Source: a virus. Taken from it: DNA of 34,800 nucleotides. Positions 1 to 6,604 of this stretch are shown one piece after another. A program made the translations under genes and the position numbers. The notes beneath the pieces were generated by a model, which was not told where the DNA came from, made no database searches, and worked only from the letters and a program-made list of their open reading frames with translations. Each line of letters begins with the position of its first letter. Within the stretch, counting starts at the first letter, position 1. Location: IMG/VR virus record IMGVR_UViG_3300023198_000987; one strand, 5' to 3'.

Positions 1-55
1 ATTTCGGCAGGCATTTACAGAGTTTCTAGCACGATGAGCTGCAAGAACAGGTCGA
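1..55. repeat. 55-bp direct terminal repeat, identical to 34746..34800; assembly-type overlap closing a circular or circularly permuted genome of 34745 bp
   Basis: Read directly: atttcggcaggcatttacagagtttctagcacgatgagctgcaagaacaggtcga occurs at both ends of the window. Bases 1-37 duplicate the 3' end of the CDS at 34606..34782. Confidence 0.95.
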
Positions 56-111
56 GATACTGAAAAGCAGCGGCCAGTAATTTCACACGAAATCCAACGG
101 AGGAAACCGCA

Positions 112-738
112 ATGTCATACAAACCTGATAGTGCCGTGGTCTGGTTGGTTCAGCACTACAGCGCCACATACATCGAAAACGAATACAGCTATGCCGATCT
201 TGAGGCGGGCCACATTGCGAGGGGCTTCCGTGAGGGTGGCTATCACTATTACATCACATTCCCGCGTCCCGGAAAGCCTGCCCGCGTCATCACGGGCCGT
301 GATCTAAGCCAAGCCGGTCGGTTTGAAATGGGCGCGCATTCGAAGGGCGAGAATGCCGCGAGCATCGGCATCTGCTGCGAGGGCGGGCTGACCAAGATCA
401 CCGGCCCTAACGCGGGGATCGACACGCGGCATAAGGATCAGATCAAGTTGCAGATCGAATTGATCGACACGCTAATGAAGCGGTTCCCCGGCGCGGTGGT
501 CGAAGGGCACCGGGACATGCCCGGCGCTGCGACACAATGCCCCGGCTACAGCGGGCGTTCGTGGTGGGACCGCGTTTTGCGTGAGCGGGCCAGCGAAAGC
601 AAGGTTCAGCGCCCAGACGACATTCAGACACCATCGGAGCCGGTCCGTTCTCCCGGTAGCCCCGGTGGGCGGTCAGCGTGGCTAAACCTCCCAGCCATGC
701 TGACCGCAATATTTGCACGATTTTGGAAAAGGAAATGA
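112..738 (+). CDS. Endolysin: N-acetylmuramoyl-L-alanine amidase (T7 lysozyme / Amidase_2 / PGRP fold) with a Pro/Ser-rich linker and a cationic hydrophobic C-terminal tail
   Basis: 208-aa ORF. Alignable by eye to T7 gp3.5: VVWLVQHYSAT (Zn His), GYHYYI (catalytic Tyr region), GHRDMPGAATQCPGY (Zn His and Cys), WWDRV. ggagga lies about 8 nt upstream of the ATG. The stop overlaps the next start (ATGA). Confidence 0.85.
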   Translation: MSYKPDSAVVWLVQHYSATYIENEYSYADLEAGHIARGFREGGYHYYITFPRPGKPARVITGRDLSQAGRFEMGAHSKGENAASIGICCEGGLTKITGPNAGIDTRHKDQIKLQIELIDTLMKRFPGAVVEGHRDMPGAATQCPGYSGRSWWDRVLRERASESKVQRPDDIQTPSEPVRSPGSPGGRSAWLNLPAMLTAIFARFWKRK

Positions 739-929
739 CCATGACCAAGCCTATCTGGAAATCCAAGACCTTCTGGTTCAACACCGTTTCCGGTATCCTG
801 ACTGGCATTGAGGTGGCTGGCGTCACTGACATGCTATCGGCTGGCCAGCAAAGCTCTTTGGCTATTGGCGTGATCGTTGCCAACATCATCCTGCGATGGC
901 TGACCGTTCAGCCGGTGACTATCCGATGA
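735..929 (+). CDS. Putative holin, two transmembrane segments (class II-like)
   Basis: 64 aa with two hydrophobic helices (TFWFNTVSGILTGIEVAGV and SSLAIGVIVANIILRWL). ATGA overlaps with both the amidase stop and the next start. It sits between the endolysin and the spanins. Confidence 0.6.
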   Translation: MTMTKPIWKSKTFWFNTVSGILTGIEVAGVTDMLSAGQQSSLAIGVIVANIILRWLTVQPVTIR

Positions 930-1150
930 GCCTCTGGCTTGCGGCTGCCACTGCCGTAGCCGCGCTGTTTGCAGTCATTGGGGCGTTTGTGCAGGGCAAG
1001 CGCAGTGGTCGGCAACAGGTTGAAAACAAAGCCTTAAAGGATCAGATCCTAACCCGTGAGGAGATCGACAATGCAACGATTGATGGCGATCTTTCCCTTG
1101 CTGATCGTGTTCTCGCTGAGCGGTTGCGGTGGGGTAAGGATCGGAAGTAG
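926..1150 (+). CDS. Putative i-spanin (N-terminal membrane anchor plus charged helical periplasmic part)
   Basis: 74 aa. N-terminal TM MSLWLAAATAVAALFAVIGAFV is followed by a charged helix. The start overlaps the holin stop (ATGA). The gene contains the start of a lipoprotein gene in another frame. Confidence 0.6.
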   Translation: MSLWLAAATAVAALFAVIGAFVQGKRSGRQQVENKALKDQILTREEIDNATIDGDLSLADRVLAERLRWGKDRK

Positions 1151-1283
1151 CGCAGCGATCTGCAATGGTACTGCGTCCGCTCAAGATGCGCTGGCAGAGA
1201 AGATCGTGGAACACAGCCCGCATCCTGAAGTTCGGATCGCGGCGGCGGAGTTGATCGTCAAGCTGGAAGCGGGCTGCGTGTAG
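1071..1283 (+). CDS. Putative o-spanin lipoprotein, overlapped architecture with the i-spanin gene
   Basis: MQRLMAIFPLLIVFSLSGC is a signal peptide with an L-S-G-C lipobox. gaggag lies 7 nt upstream of ATG 1071. The gene begins inside the i-spanin ORF in another frame and extends past it. Confidence 0.7.
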   Translation: MQRLMAIFPLLIVFSLSGCGGVRIGSSAAICNGTASAQDALAEKIVEHSPHPEVRIAAAELIVKLEAGCV

Positions 1284-1295
1284 TTCAGTTGATGG

Positions 1296-1496
1296 TCACT
1301 GGTTTGTCTCCTTGGCTGGCTCGGCGCACATAAACAGGATGACCAGCCCGGTCAGTTCGGTGATCTGGGTTGCAAGGCGGTTGCCCTTTAGTTGGCACTG
1401 AGTCTCGTTCATCCCGCAGTCGTACTCGATGATGCGGGGTTGCAGGTCGGGGATGTGTGCTGCCCCCAAGAATAAGCAGAAAGTGGTGGCGATCAT
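1296..1496 (-). CDS. Hypothetical protein (66 aa), last gene of the leftward operon
   Basis: ORF with ggagaa about 7 nt upstream of the ATG. Preferred over the overlapping 1285..1503 frame, whose product is Arg/Pro/His-rich and looks off-frame. No recognisable domain. Confidence 0.5.
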   Translation of the reverse strand: MIATTFCLFLGAAHIPDLQPRIIEYDCGMNETQCQLKGNRLATQITELTGLVILFMCAEPAKETNQ

Positions 1497-1499
1497 TTT

Positions 1500-1706
1500 T
1501 CATTCTCCGTAGGTGATGGATTCGGCTTCGCCCAGTTGGTTGCGAAGTTTTACGATGTACCTGCTTTTTTGGAGATTGTGGCAGCGGACGGAAAGCTTGT
1601 TCAGTTCATCATCCGGCAGCAGCATCACAAGGTCCGAGACAGCAAGGGCTGTCATGTTGCGCAGGCTAGGTGCGGCGACCCTTTTGGTCATTTGACGATA
1701 GCTCAT
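1500..1706 (-). CDS. Hypothetical protein (68 aa)
   Basis: ORF whose start overlaps the upstream stop (ATGA at 1703-1706). Protein-like composition. No recognisable domain. Confidence 0.55.
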   Translation of the reverse strand: MSYRQMTKRVAAPSLRNMTALAVSDLVMLLPDDELNKLSVRCHNLQKSRYIVKLRNQLGEAESITYGE

Positions 1707-1957
1707 AGCGCAGTTCCTTGCGTCCAGCCGTTCCGGAAATGGACGAGGTGCGCCCCCAACGATGCGTGCATCGATGTGCGATCTCGCCGGAAATACTCAC
1801 GAATGTCTGCCGGTTTGTGGCCATTTTGAAAGCTGAAGAAAATTGCGTGCGACCGCGCGACATACATATCACGGGTTCTCCCTCTGCCCGTCATTTCAGA
1901 TGGGTTGACGCCATAGCGATCTGCAATCTCGGTCACGATTTCTGGGATGGGTTTCAT
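1703..1957 (-). CDS. DnaA C-terminal (domain IV)-like helix-turn-helix protein, stand-alone
   Basis: IPEIVTEIADRYGVNPSEMTGRGRTRDMYVARSHAIFFSFQNGHKPADIREYFRRDRTSMHASL follows the DnaA domain IV pattern (I..V...Y.v...dl.s..R.r....aR..am.l........Ig..f.rDhstv.ha). ATG 1957 has aaaggag 8 nt upstream. An upstream GTG at 1975 is an alternative start. Confidence 0.65.
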   Translation of the reverse strand: MKPIPEIVTEIADRYGVNPSEMTGRGRTRDMYVARSHAIFFSFQNGHKPADIREYFRRDRTSMHASLGAHLVHFRNGWTQGTAL

Positions 1958-1971
1958 TGGTCTTGCTCCTT

Positions 1972-2055
1972 TCACAGAAAAGCCATTGCCATGCAGGCCA
2001 GGAAAAACGCGGCGATCACCGATAATTCCAGAATGAATATCAAAACAAACTTCAT
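1972..2055 (-). CDS. 27-aa hydrophobic micropeptide (MKFVLIFILELSVIAAFFLACMAMAFL), translationally coupled
   Basis: Its ATG overlaps the stop of the upstream zinc-ribbon gene (ATGA at 2052-2055). Its stop abuts the DnaA-IV-like gene. The sequence is a single TM-length hydrophobic helix. Below the ORF-track size cutoff, found by reading the 1972..2298 frame. Confidence 0.4.
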   Translation of the reverse strand: MKFVLIFILELSVIAAFFLACMAMAFL

Positions 2056-2345
2056 TTCTCTTTCTCCTTTACGTCCCAGCGCGCCCGATCTTCGGCAAGG
2101 ATCGCGTCCAGCCTGTCGCAAACGTCGCTCATTTTCCCCTCGCCCGGCGTTCCCTTCGCGCCCCGGTGTTTCCGCCACACCTTGAGCATTTGCATAAGAG
2201 CCTTGCCCTGCGCCGCGAGGCGGTTGGAATAGGTGGCACTGCACCGGGCATCGCAGTAAAAGCGATCCGGCGGCACGGGTGCCCCGCATTCGTTGCATCG
2301 GCCTTCCTCAATCGGCAGGCTACGGTTTCGTTCTTTTCGTGCCAT
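2052..2345 (-). CDS. Zinc-ribbon protein (97 aa), function unknown
   Basis: MARKERNRSLPIEEGRCNECGAPVPPDRFYCDARCSATY has CxxC...CxxxC. A strong SD (aggagg) lies 7 nt upstream of ATG 2345. The longer form from 2378 lacks an SD. Confidence 0.65.
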   Translation of the reverse strand: MARKERNRSLPIEEGRCNECGAPVPPDRFYCDARCSATYSNRLAAQGKALMQMLKVWRKHRGAKGTPGEGKMSDVCDRLDAILAEDRARWDVKEKEK

Positions 2346-2401
2346 TGTCTGACCTCCTGTGGCGCGGCTGGGCGGCATGGTGCCGTTTTTGGTGTGGTGG
2401 T

Positions 2402-2432
2402 GCCCGGCGGCATACTTGCCTGCCTGCCGGGC
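2402..2432 (-). other. Stable intercistronic hairpin with no U-tract, inside the leftward operon
   Basis: gcccggc (2402-2408) pairs with gccgggc (2426-2432) and ggca (2409-2412) pairs with tgcc (2421-2424), with a one-base bulge. It lies in the 108-nt gap between the HNH gene and the zinc-ribbon gene. No T/U run follows on either strand. Confidence 0.5.
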
Positions 2433-2453
2433 CTCTCATCAAGCGCACGTAAC

Positions 2454-3146
2454 TTAGTCAAATGACAACTGCACTTCCTGCGCTTCGGCTTTCGGCGGCG
2501 GGGCCATGACGGTCGCCTGCGGGCCGAACACTTGCACGTCGCGGCCAATCCGCTTGGCGCGAACGCTGGCGGCGGCCTTGGCCTCGGCCATGCAATCCTC
2601 GCCCTGGAATGGGGTCACGCTCAGGCGTCCGGTCGGGCTGATATCCAGGATCACGGCGGTTTTCGCGCGCGCGTCAAATTCAACAGGCTTTTCGGCGGGG
2701 GTTTTGTCGGGTTTTGTCATTCGTAATTTCTCCTGTGGATGGTACTTTTGAACGGCAGTCTTGATCCGGTCTGCCGTGTCCCGGTCGATAGCGCCATAAT
2801 AGCGCTCAACCCACGCCCAAAAGGCGTAGGGCAGTCTGTCGGCTTTGAAGGCATTGCAGGACCAGCAAAGCAATATTGTATTGTCATCGCGGTCTGGACC
2901 GCCGCGTGACCTTGCGACAATGTGATCGCAGGTTGCGCGGGACTTCTCGGCCTGCCCTTTCGTGGCCTTCTGGCCGGATCGAAGGAACGCGCCTCGCCAC
3001 TCGGCCTTTGTCTCATGGCCCTTAAAGAACATGCGGCGGCGGCAGGCCGGGCATTCCCTGCGCCCGGCCTCCCATGCCTCGGCCCGCAACTTGCGGCCTT
3101 GCTGGTGCTGCCAGGCGCGACGACTGCGCTTGAGAAACCATTGCAC
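2454..3146 (-). CDS. HNH endonuclease fused in frame to an 88-aa C-terminal module that has its own SD and ATG (2720)
   Basis: CPACRRRM...TCDHIVARSRGGPDRDDNTILLCWSCNAFKADR is an HNH motif with flanking Cys pairs. The only plausible start after the Erf stop is GTG 3146; the part of the 359-aa ORF upstream of it is off-frame-looking and overlaps erf. An internal aggaga-N8-ATG sits at 2720. Confidence 0.65.
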   Translation of the reverse strand: MQWFLKRSRRAWQHQQGRKLRAEAWEAGRRECPACRRRMFFKGHETKAEWRGAFLRSGQKATKGQAEKSRATCDHIVARSRGGPDRDDNTILLCWSCNAFKADRLPYAFWAWVERYYGAIDRDTADRIKTAVQKYHPQEKLRMTKPDKTPAEKPVEFDARAKTAVILDISPTGRLSVTPFQGEDCMAEAKAAASVRAKRIGRDVQVFGPQATVMAPPPKAEAQEVQLSFD

Positions 3147-3147
3147 A

Positions 3148-3927
3148 TCAAATGCCCGCCGTGCGCTTGTTGGCGTCGTGTTCCCCGCTGTCGAACAGCC
3201 AGCCCCGGTGCATCTGCGGCAGGGTGTCGAGGTAGCGCTTGTACGCGCCCGCCGATCCTGCGGCCTCGTTCTGGGCGGCGGCCTGGGCCTTGGCGGATAC
3301 CTCGGCCTGCCAGGCTTCGGTCGGCTTTGCGATCTGCCGCGCTGCCGCGCCGTCTTTATCCTCGTTCTCGGTGATGATGTTGAACGCGGCGCAAAGCGTG
3401 TGGCGCTTGCCGTAGCTGCCAGCCGATCCCGCGCCCTGGGTGGCGTTCTTGCTGCCGGTCGTGTCGATGGCCAGCGGCATCGGGCCGAAGCGCTCAACGT
3501 GGCTGCCGTGTTCCGCGTCCATGCTGGTAACAATACAAGTCACCAAAACCTTGCCGGTTTCGTCGCCGCTCAATTCAAAGCCCACGTCGAGACCTTCGGC
3601 TTCCCAAATGGGCCGCGCCACTCGGTCGATGGCCTCATAGGTGGCGTAACGCGACTGCACATTGCCTGCCTTGTTGGTGATCGCGCCGTCACGGGTAATG
3701 CGCGGCATACCTCGCCGGGCCTGAAACATGGCCCGGTTGAACGCATCGCGCGCCAGCCGCGCCTTTTCATCGGCGGCGGTGCGCAGGACTTGGGTTTGCA
3801 CATCGGCCAATGCCTGAATTTTCCCGGCGTCAATATCCGGGTTATTCGCGGCTTCCATCAGTTGCGAAAACATGCGCTCGGCAGGCGTCAAATCGGCCTG
3901 CTGCACGGTTGCGATTTCGTTTTTCAT
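3148..3927 (-). CDS. erf: ERF-family single-strand annealing recombinase
   Basis: 259 aa. The N-terminal two thirds (FNRAMFQARRGMPRITRDGAITNKAGNVQSRYATYEAIDRVARPIWEAEGLDVGFE) fit the ERF superfamily pattern. A low-complexity Ala/Gln tail follows. The gene is coupled (ATGA) to the upstream exonuclease gene. Confidence 0.7.
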   Translation of the reverse strand: MKNEIATVQQADLTPAERMFSQLMEAANNPDIDAGKIQALADVQTQVLRTAADEKARLARDAFNRAMFQARRGMPRITRDGAITNKAGNVQSRYATYEAIDRVARPIWEAEGLDVGFELSGDETGKVLVTCIVTSMDAEHGSHVERFGPMPLAIDTTGSKNATQGAGSAGSYGKRHTLCAAFNIITENEDKDGAAARQIAKPTEAWQAEVSAKAQAAAQNEAAGSAGAYKRYLDTLPQMHRGWLFDSGEHDANKRTAGI

Positions 3928-5108
3928 GCCGTTTCCCCATCAAGCCAATAGTCGTTAAAATCATCGTCGGTCAGCGGCGTGACCGGATAGAGCGGTGCCC
4001 ACGGCGCGCCTTTGTCGCCGTGGAATTCCATATGCGTCCGGTATTCCCGCGCTGCGCTGTCGATGTGGAGCCGCGCCTTGCGGTGCAATCGGGTCGGATT
4101 GAGATATTTCCGAACCTCGCTTGGCGCGTTGCCTTCGCTGATATCTTCGGGCGCGTCGTCGGTGAGGATCGTCGCGGCATCCATGCCGGGCGGCAGGTGA
4201 TAGAGCCTGATAGGTGTCACCATGACATTTGGCACACCGCCGGTCTGCGCCCAAATGTAGGTGCAACTGGCAAAGCGCTTTTCGGCGATGTGTTCGCCCA
4301 GGTGCTTGCGGATATCGGACAGGATCGGCGGCGCTTCCCCTATGATCGGCAGATCGGGAATGGTCTGGACCGCTTCATGGTAGAGCGCGGCCTGAATGTA
4401 GTATTGGCGATAACGGAATTCGTTGCAAAGGTGCTGCCGCAATTCCTGCCCGCGTTGATTGCCAAAAGTTTTCAAATCGACGAAGCCTTGCGAATTCAGG
4501 CTATCAATGCGCACTTTCCATTTCGTGCCGTTTTCGTCGGTCCAGATCACCGTGACCTCTGGCACACCATTGCCCAACAGGGCCGCGACCTGATCCACGC
4601 GCCAGAGCGTGTCAATCTCGTCGCTCAATCGGTCATAGATTTTTGCTGACAGGATTTCGCGCGCGCCGATAGAGATTTCCCACAGCGCTTTTTCGTGCGA
4701 CCAGATCAGCGCGTCAGGATCGACCGCCAGAAGGCGCTTCGCCCGCTCGGCGGCAACCTCGCCCGCCTTGGTCTGCGCCTCGCCCATATCTTTCAGCCGG
4801 GCTTTGACCTCGCTGTCTGTCATCAGGACGTTTTCGCCGATATCGCCCGGCTCAAGAGCGCGGGCATAGCGCAGCGGGAATTCTGACGGTTCCAGAACGC
4901 CCGTGTGCCACGCCCGGCCCAGAGATCTGGCTGGGCTGTCGTCATCTTCGGCGGGTTTCGGGTTCATCCAGGACCGCGACCAGAAGTCGGCGGCGCTGGC
5001 TTGCAGCGCCTTGACGCCAGACGACGACAGGGCCGGGACCGCAAGGTATTCTTCGAACGGCATCCGCCAGTAAATGCCATCGGGGTATGTTTTGGGTTGG
5101 TCGCTCAT
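3924..5108 (-). CDS. PD-(D/E)XK exonuclease, Exo VIII / DUF3799-like; partner of Erf
   Basis: The true start is MSDQPKTY at 5108 (ATGA overlap with the upstream gene). GRAWHTGVLEP and VRIDSL...FVDLKT match the PDDEXK exonuclease-8-like pattern. The first 120 aa of the 514-aa ORF are Arg/Pro-rich, look off-frame and overlap upstream genes. Confidence 0.7.
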   Translation of the reverse strand: MSDQPKTYPDGIYWRMPFEEYLAVPALSSSGVKALQASAADFWSRSWMNPKPAEDDDSPARSLGRAWHTGVLEPSEFPLRYARALEPGDIGENVLMTDSEVKARLKDMGEAQTKAGEVAAERAKRLLAVDPDALIWSHEKALWEISIGAREILSAKIYDRLSDEIDTLWRVDQVAALLGNGVPEVTVIWTDENGTKWKVRIDSLNSQGFVDLKTFGNQRGQELRQHLCNEFRYRQYYIQAALYHEAVQTIPDLPIIGEAPPILSDIRKHLGEHIAEKRFASCTYIWAQTGGVPNVMVTPIRLYHLPPGMDAATILTDDAPEDISEGNAPSEVRKYLNPTRLHRKARLHIDSAAREYRTHMEFHGDKGAPWAPLYPVTPLTDDDFNDYWLDGETA

Positions 5109-5365
5109 GCGAATTCCTCCGGGTTCATGATGCGTTGCAGGTGCGGCAGGGCGGCGGCGCGCTGGGCCGGGTCCATCTGCCCGATGCGAGCCAGACACTC
5201 GGCGGTCACGGCGTCCAGGGAAAACACGGTAACACTGCCTTGATCGGCATACTGATCTTTGCTGGAAAACGATAAAGTTAAAGCGTTGGAGTTTGTGAAA
5301 TCGGGGTAATAGTCTGGGCAAGACAGCTTCCCGTCTCTGACCAGATGCAGGATAAATTGGGCCAT
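5105..5365 (-). CDS. Hypothetical protein (86 aa)
   Basis: ORF with aaggaaggaag upstream of the ATG. Its stop overlaps the exonuclease start. No domain recognised. Confidence 0.55.
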   Translation of the reverse strand: MAQFILHLVRDGKLSCPDYYPDFTNSNALTLSFSSKDQYADQGSVTVFSLDAVTAECLARIGQMDPAQRAAALPHLQRIMNPEEFA

Positions 5366-5367
5366 GT

Positions 5368-5544
5368 TCAGGCTTCCTTCCTTGGATAAAGCAGATCATC
5401 GCTGCTGGGCTGGGGTGGTGCCGGGGCGCTGATCGCGCGCCCGGCTTCGCATCGGCAGGCTTCCGCAATTTCGGTGCTGCGCTCGTAAAGCACGCGCCTG
5501 GTTTCGCGGATCATGCCGGTGTCTTTGCATTGTGAGCAGGTCAT
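5368..5544 (-). CDS. Small Cys-rich (zinc-finger-like) protein, 58 aa
   Basis: MTCSQCKDTGMIRETRRVLYERSTEIAEACRCEAG has CxxC...CxC. ATG 5544 overlaps the DUF3560 gene stop (ATGA). The longer 80-aa form would overlap the upstream gene by 70 nt. Confidence 0.5.
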   Translation of the reverse strand: MTCSQCKDTGMIRETRRVLYERSTEIAEACRCEAGRAISAPAPPQPSSDDLLYPRKEA

Positions 5545-6377
5545 TCCGTCATCATATTGATGACGCGCTGGGCCGCGTAGCGCCCGGCGTTGTTCAAGTG
5601 CCGCTGCCATGCGCCTTGCGATGGTGCCCAGCGAAACCCTTTTGATTTCAGGACCGCGCGCACATTGGCGTCGGGCTTGGCCTCAAACATGAATTGAACG
5701 CGGTTCGCTTCGGTGTTTTCGACCAGTTCAAAACCGTCGAATTCCTGCGCGACGGTTTCCGCTTCCGCACTTGCCTCAAGCTGGGCAAGGCGCTGCTTCA
5801 TGCGCCGGATGTTGGCGTTATTGTTGGTCAACTGATAGTCGGCAAAACCAATGCGCCCGGCGAAATCGCCCTGCAACAGAGCGGCGGCGGCGGCGGGCGT
5901 GATGTTTTCGCCGCCAGGCAGGTCATTCAATTTGGTCAGGTAGCGCAGCCACAAGTCGCCGCTATCTGCGTCACGAACGCCTGCCTTGTAGAATGCGCGA
6001 ACAACCTTGTTCGCCGCCTTCATAAATGCTTGGCAGTTCTCGGCCTTGTTGATCTTGGCTTGCAGTTTCCGGATCGCTTCGGGATCGTCGCTGCTGATCC
6101 CGCCTTGCCCAACAGCGGCGGCGCGTGCGCGCAGATCACCGGCCCGCTTGCCTTCGTCGATACTCTTGCGCATGGCATTGTCGGCCCGCGCAATGGCGCG
6201 ACGGTGGCGGCCTTCGCTGTGGTGGCCAACAAGGATCGGCTGGCCCAGCGGAATGCCGGATTTTTCCTCGCGCAGATCGCCGCGATCAAATGCGGCGGCG
6301 GCGCGTTCCTCTGCCCGGTCGGCGGCGGCGTTCAGCCGGTCCCGCTTGGCTTCCTGTTTTGCTTCGTAGTTGTTCAT
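5541..6377 (-). CDS. DUF3560-family protein
   Basis: 278 aa. GQPILVGHHSEGRHRR and the C-terminal LKSKGFRWAPSQGAWQRH are the signatures I associate with DUF3560, a family common on plasmids, ICEs and phages. The start overlaps the upstream stop (ATGA). Confidence 0.65.
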   Translation of the reverse strand: MNNYEAKQEAKRDRLNAAADRAEERAAAAFDRGDLREEKSGIPLGQPILVGHHSEGRHRRAIARADNAMRKSIDEGKRAGDLRARAAAVGQGGISSDDPEAIRKLQAKINKAENCQAFMKAANKVVRAFYKAGVRDADSGDLWLRYLTKLNDLPGGENITPAAAAALLQGDFAGRIGFADYQLTNNNANIRRMKQRLAQLEASAEAETVAQEFDGFELVENTEANRVQFMFEAKPDANVRAVLKSKGFRWAPSQGAWQRHLNNAGRYAAQRVINMMTE

Positions 6378-6577
6378 AGAATCAACAACACCTTTTTGAT
6401 TTCAGGGACCGAACGCATGGCCATGCGGGCCAATTGCGCCAAGGTCAAATTGGGGTTGGTATCGAACGCATCCCGGATATCGTCATCATCCATGTTTTCG
6501 GCAATCAATGCCTCAAGATCGGTCTGGCGTTCGCCGGTCTGGCCGCGTGCGCCGGGCTGGTCGAAAAGATCATTCAT
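6374..6577 (-). CDS. Acidic 67-aa early protein sharing a roughly 30-aa motif with the C-terminus of the 24553..28221 protein
   Basis: MNDLFDQPGARGQTGERQTDLEALIAENMDDDDIRDAFDTNPN. Compare VGERQTDLEDLIAERDPDNPTFKDLFDTMPG at 28012..28101. agaggaa lies upstream of the ATG. Confidence 0.6.
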   Translation of the reverse strand: MNDLFDQPGARGQTGERQTDLEALIAENMDDDDIRDAFDTNPNLTLAQLARMAMRSVPEIKKVLLIL

Positions 6578-6604
6578 CTGGTTCGTTCCTCTGGTTATTA
6601 TGCG

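Noticed and set aside
3147-3533. N-terminal 129 aa of the 359-aa ORF 2454..3533 (minus strand)
   Set aside because: This part is Arg/Pro/Ala/Thr-rich with an off-frame look and lies entirely inside the well-supported erf gene. The real HNH gene starts after the erf stop.
2962-3951. 329-aa plus-strand ORF across the erf region
   Set aside because: It is antisense to erf and HNH, looks off-frame and has no start context.
5109-5468. N-terminal 120 aa of the 514-aa ORF 3924..5468 (minus strand)
   Set aside because: Composition looks off-frame and it overlaps two better-supported upstream genes. MSDQPKTY at 5108 has a classic ATGA coupling.
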